Source: Phaeosaccion multiseriatum (taxonomy: Eukaryota; Protista; Ochrophyta, other classes). Taken from it: 64,000 nt of DNA. Every line of letters starts with the position of its first letter. Position 1 is the first letter of the stretch. The stretch lies in assembly GCA_965112735.1 (NCBI GenBank), contig OZ218955.1, positions 1,240,001 through 1,304,000 on the forward strand, given 5' to 3'. Below are positions 56,901 to 64,000 of the stretch, one piece after another. The translations under genes were made by a program, and so were the position numbers. The notes below the pieces were generated by a model, which was not told where the DNA came from, did no database searches, and worked only from the letters and a program-made list of their open reading frames with translations.

Positions 56901-57737
56901 ATGTCTCCCGACACCAGCACCGACATTGGTTCTCACTCTAACCGCAGCAGCATATCCGACGAGGTCGGCGATGTCCACCCTGAGTACGAAGGACCTCACT
57001 GGTACCGAGAGCTCCCGAAGCTCATCTTTCGACACAAGGAAGGCGACTACATGGAAACATCCGCGGGTGATCTCATCTCCGGGGGTACCGTGAGCAGCAG
57101 CGACAGCAACAGCAGGAGCAGCAGCAGCAGAAGGAAGGCCTCCCTCTCCGCTTCCACCCCCCCAACGACTCTACCGTCGCCAACCATTTGGGAGCCTCAC
57201 GGGTCCGCCGTCGCTGCCGCGCCCGCAGCAGCAGCAGCCGCAGGTCGAGGAGGAGGAGGAGGGGGAGGAAGAGCAGCAGCAGCGGCAGCAGGGGCGGGGG
57301 GGGGGGACGATCTCTTCTGGCGCACGGCACGTGCATTGGAGCGGGACTATGAGGACGAGCCCTACTGGGAGGAGCAGGAGCAGCAGCAGTATCAACAGCA
57401 GCAGCAGGATCAGCAGCAGCAGCAGCAGAAGGAAAACGGGTATCGTTACGACCAGCAGCTACCGTATCGTCAGCAGCATCAGCAGCATCGGCAGAGCCAA
57501 GCATACCCTCCTCGGAGCCACTACGAGACGGCGTCCTCTCCCCGCCACTCTTCCCTCTCCCACCTCGCCGCGGAGCACCCCCCACCTCTCCAAAACCCTC
57601 CTCCTTCTCCTCCTCCTCGTTCCCCCGCCGACGAGCGCCGCGAGCAAGCGAGGGCGGCAGCACTGAAGCTGAACCCTTTTGCGGTTGAGGCCTGGAGCGC
57701 TCTGCAGCTCGAGCAGAAGCACTGCGACAGCAAGTAG
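56901..57737 (+). CDS. Hypothetical low-complexity protein with a PAM2-like motif near the C-terminus
   Basis: Single ORF from ATG 56901, divergent from CWF19L2. Ordered-looking patches YEGPHWYRELPKLIFRHKEGDY and LKLNPFAVEAW lie among Q/A/G/P tracts. Confidence 0.45.
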   Translation: MSPDTSTDIGSHSNRSSISDEVGDVHPEYEGPHWYRELPKLIFRHKEGDYMETSAGDLISGGTVSSSDSNSRSSSSRRKASLSASTPPTTLPSPTIWEPHGSAVAAAPAAAAAAGRGGGGGGGRAAAAAAGAGGGDDLFWRTARALERDYEDEPYWEEQEQQQYQQQQQDQQQQQQKENGYRYDQQLPYRQQHQQHRQSQAYPPRSHYETASSPRHSSLSHLAAEHPPPLQNPPPSPPPRSPADERREQARAAALKLNPFAVEAWSALQLEQKHCDSK

Positions 57738-59019
57738 GACTGCAGCTGGGGCAGGAGCAGCAGGAGGAGCAGGAGGAGCCAGGAATGCCCCTCTGCAACA
57801 CAGACACGGCACCTGTAGCAAGAGCAGCAGGAGGCTGGGCGCAGGGGACAGACTGCTCAGCAAGAGGTAAGCCTTTTGGTAATACGTGCTGACGCCAGCA
57901 TGATGTGTGCAAGCTCCTTGCCACACCACCTCGCTTCTCTCCCGAGTGCCTTCGTTGGGTGTAAATAATAGCTCACCAATTCCACCATTCCATCTCCTCT
58001 GTAGAGTGTATTGCCTCACCATCTCTCTTCCTCTCAGTGCGTCTTTTGTCGTTGCCTGTGAGCGCACTCTGATAGTACACTGTGCTTTGTCTTGCCGTCT
58101 CTTGCCATCCCTTTTTCTGTGGCATCCCTTCCCTCTCCTCCTGATGTACGTTACATGGCGGTTTCATCCACCGTTCCGCTCATGATTGCAGATGCGCACA
58201 CACGATCAGGAGAAGGACAGAGGGCCGTCATCTGTAGCACTGCAGAGCAGTTCCACAGCAGCGAAGTAGTACGAACAAGCAGGAGCCAAGTATCTCCGCT
58301 GCGCCTTCGAACTGCGGTGCACGCACGCACCCACGCCCAAGGAGGGGGGTGTGGGGTGTCATTATACATGATTACATATTATACGAGAAGCGAGAAGACC
58401 AAGCGAGAGTGAGAAGTGAGAAAACAGGTTGGGGGTCCCTGCTTAAGTGCAGAGGGGCACTGCCTATCTTATGCACGCGAAAGGAGGGCTATGGAGGGAG
58501 GGAGGGAGGGAGGGAGGGAGGGGGGCGCTTTTCTGCACGTTTGAGGTGTGGCTTGCCCTTCAGAGAACAAATGAAGAGAAAGGAAGGGGAAGGGGGAACG
58601 AGGCCACAGAGAGGCCGCCCCCACCCGCCCCTGGTTACGAGTAGTATCATCGTATTCACCCATCGCCTGTTGATCAACCAATCAATCAACCAAGCAATCA
58701 GCTGCCTGGTAGATGAGTCAGTAGGTGAACGGAGGATAAGGGGGGGGGGGGGGGAAGGAGGGGGTCTTCGAAGCAAGTTTTTGCACACACGGACGCACGC
58801 ACGCACGCACGCACGCACGCACGTACGCAATTTTTTAAAAAACTAATGCATAATTTATCCCTTACTGTCTTCTCTGCACGCATGCACGTGACAGTCAGTC
58901 TGACCGACCATGTGTGTGTGTGTTGTGTGTTTAGACGGCTCACGTCGTCGCCAGTACAGTACGTGGGCCCAGGCCCTTGCAAAATACACAACGCACATTA
59001 CATACGCAAGTTTCCGTGG

Positions 59020-64000
<4,981 letters not shown>

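Overview
Eukaryotic nuclear DNA that is GC-rich and intron-rich, with GT-AG introns often filled by microsatellites. It looks like a photosynthetic stramenopile, possibly a eustigmatophyte (inferred from gene style, not verified). Most entries in the ORF track are artefacts of simple repeats, so the real genes were rebuilt by joining exons by eye. Left to right: an ankyrin-repeat gene and degenerate ankyrin paralogues (-), TIM21 (+), an atypical SF2 helicase-like gene with prokaryote/giant-virus-type motifs (+), a small RVxF-motif protein (-), an RNB-family exoribonuclease (-) head-to-head with an EndoU endoribonuclease (+), a GRIP-domain golgin (-) head-to-head with Bud32/TP53RK (+), two tandem secreted NIDO-like proteins (-) head-to-head with a tandem-SET methyltransferase carrying a signal peptide and ending in KAEL (+), CWF19L2 (-), a low-complexity ORF (+) and a partial EF-hand-like gene (-). 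The most notable signals are: (1) a candidate ER-luminal double-SET methyltransferase sharing a 195-bp divergent promoter with secreted RRL-propeptide proteins; (2) the intron-containing, probably horizontally acquired SF2 ATPase; (3) a two-copy MITE family with 6-bp target-site duplications; (4) an intron whose last ~1 kb has no adenosine before the acceptor AG; (5) a dispersed 15-bp motif found in exons, introns and UTRs. No rRNA, tRNA or CRISPR array was recognised.
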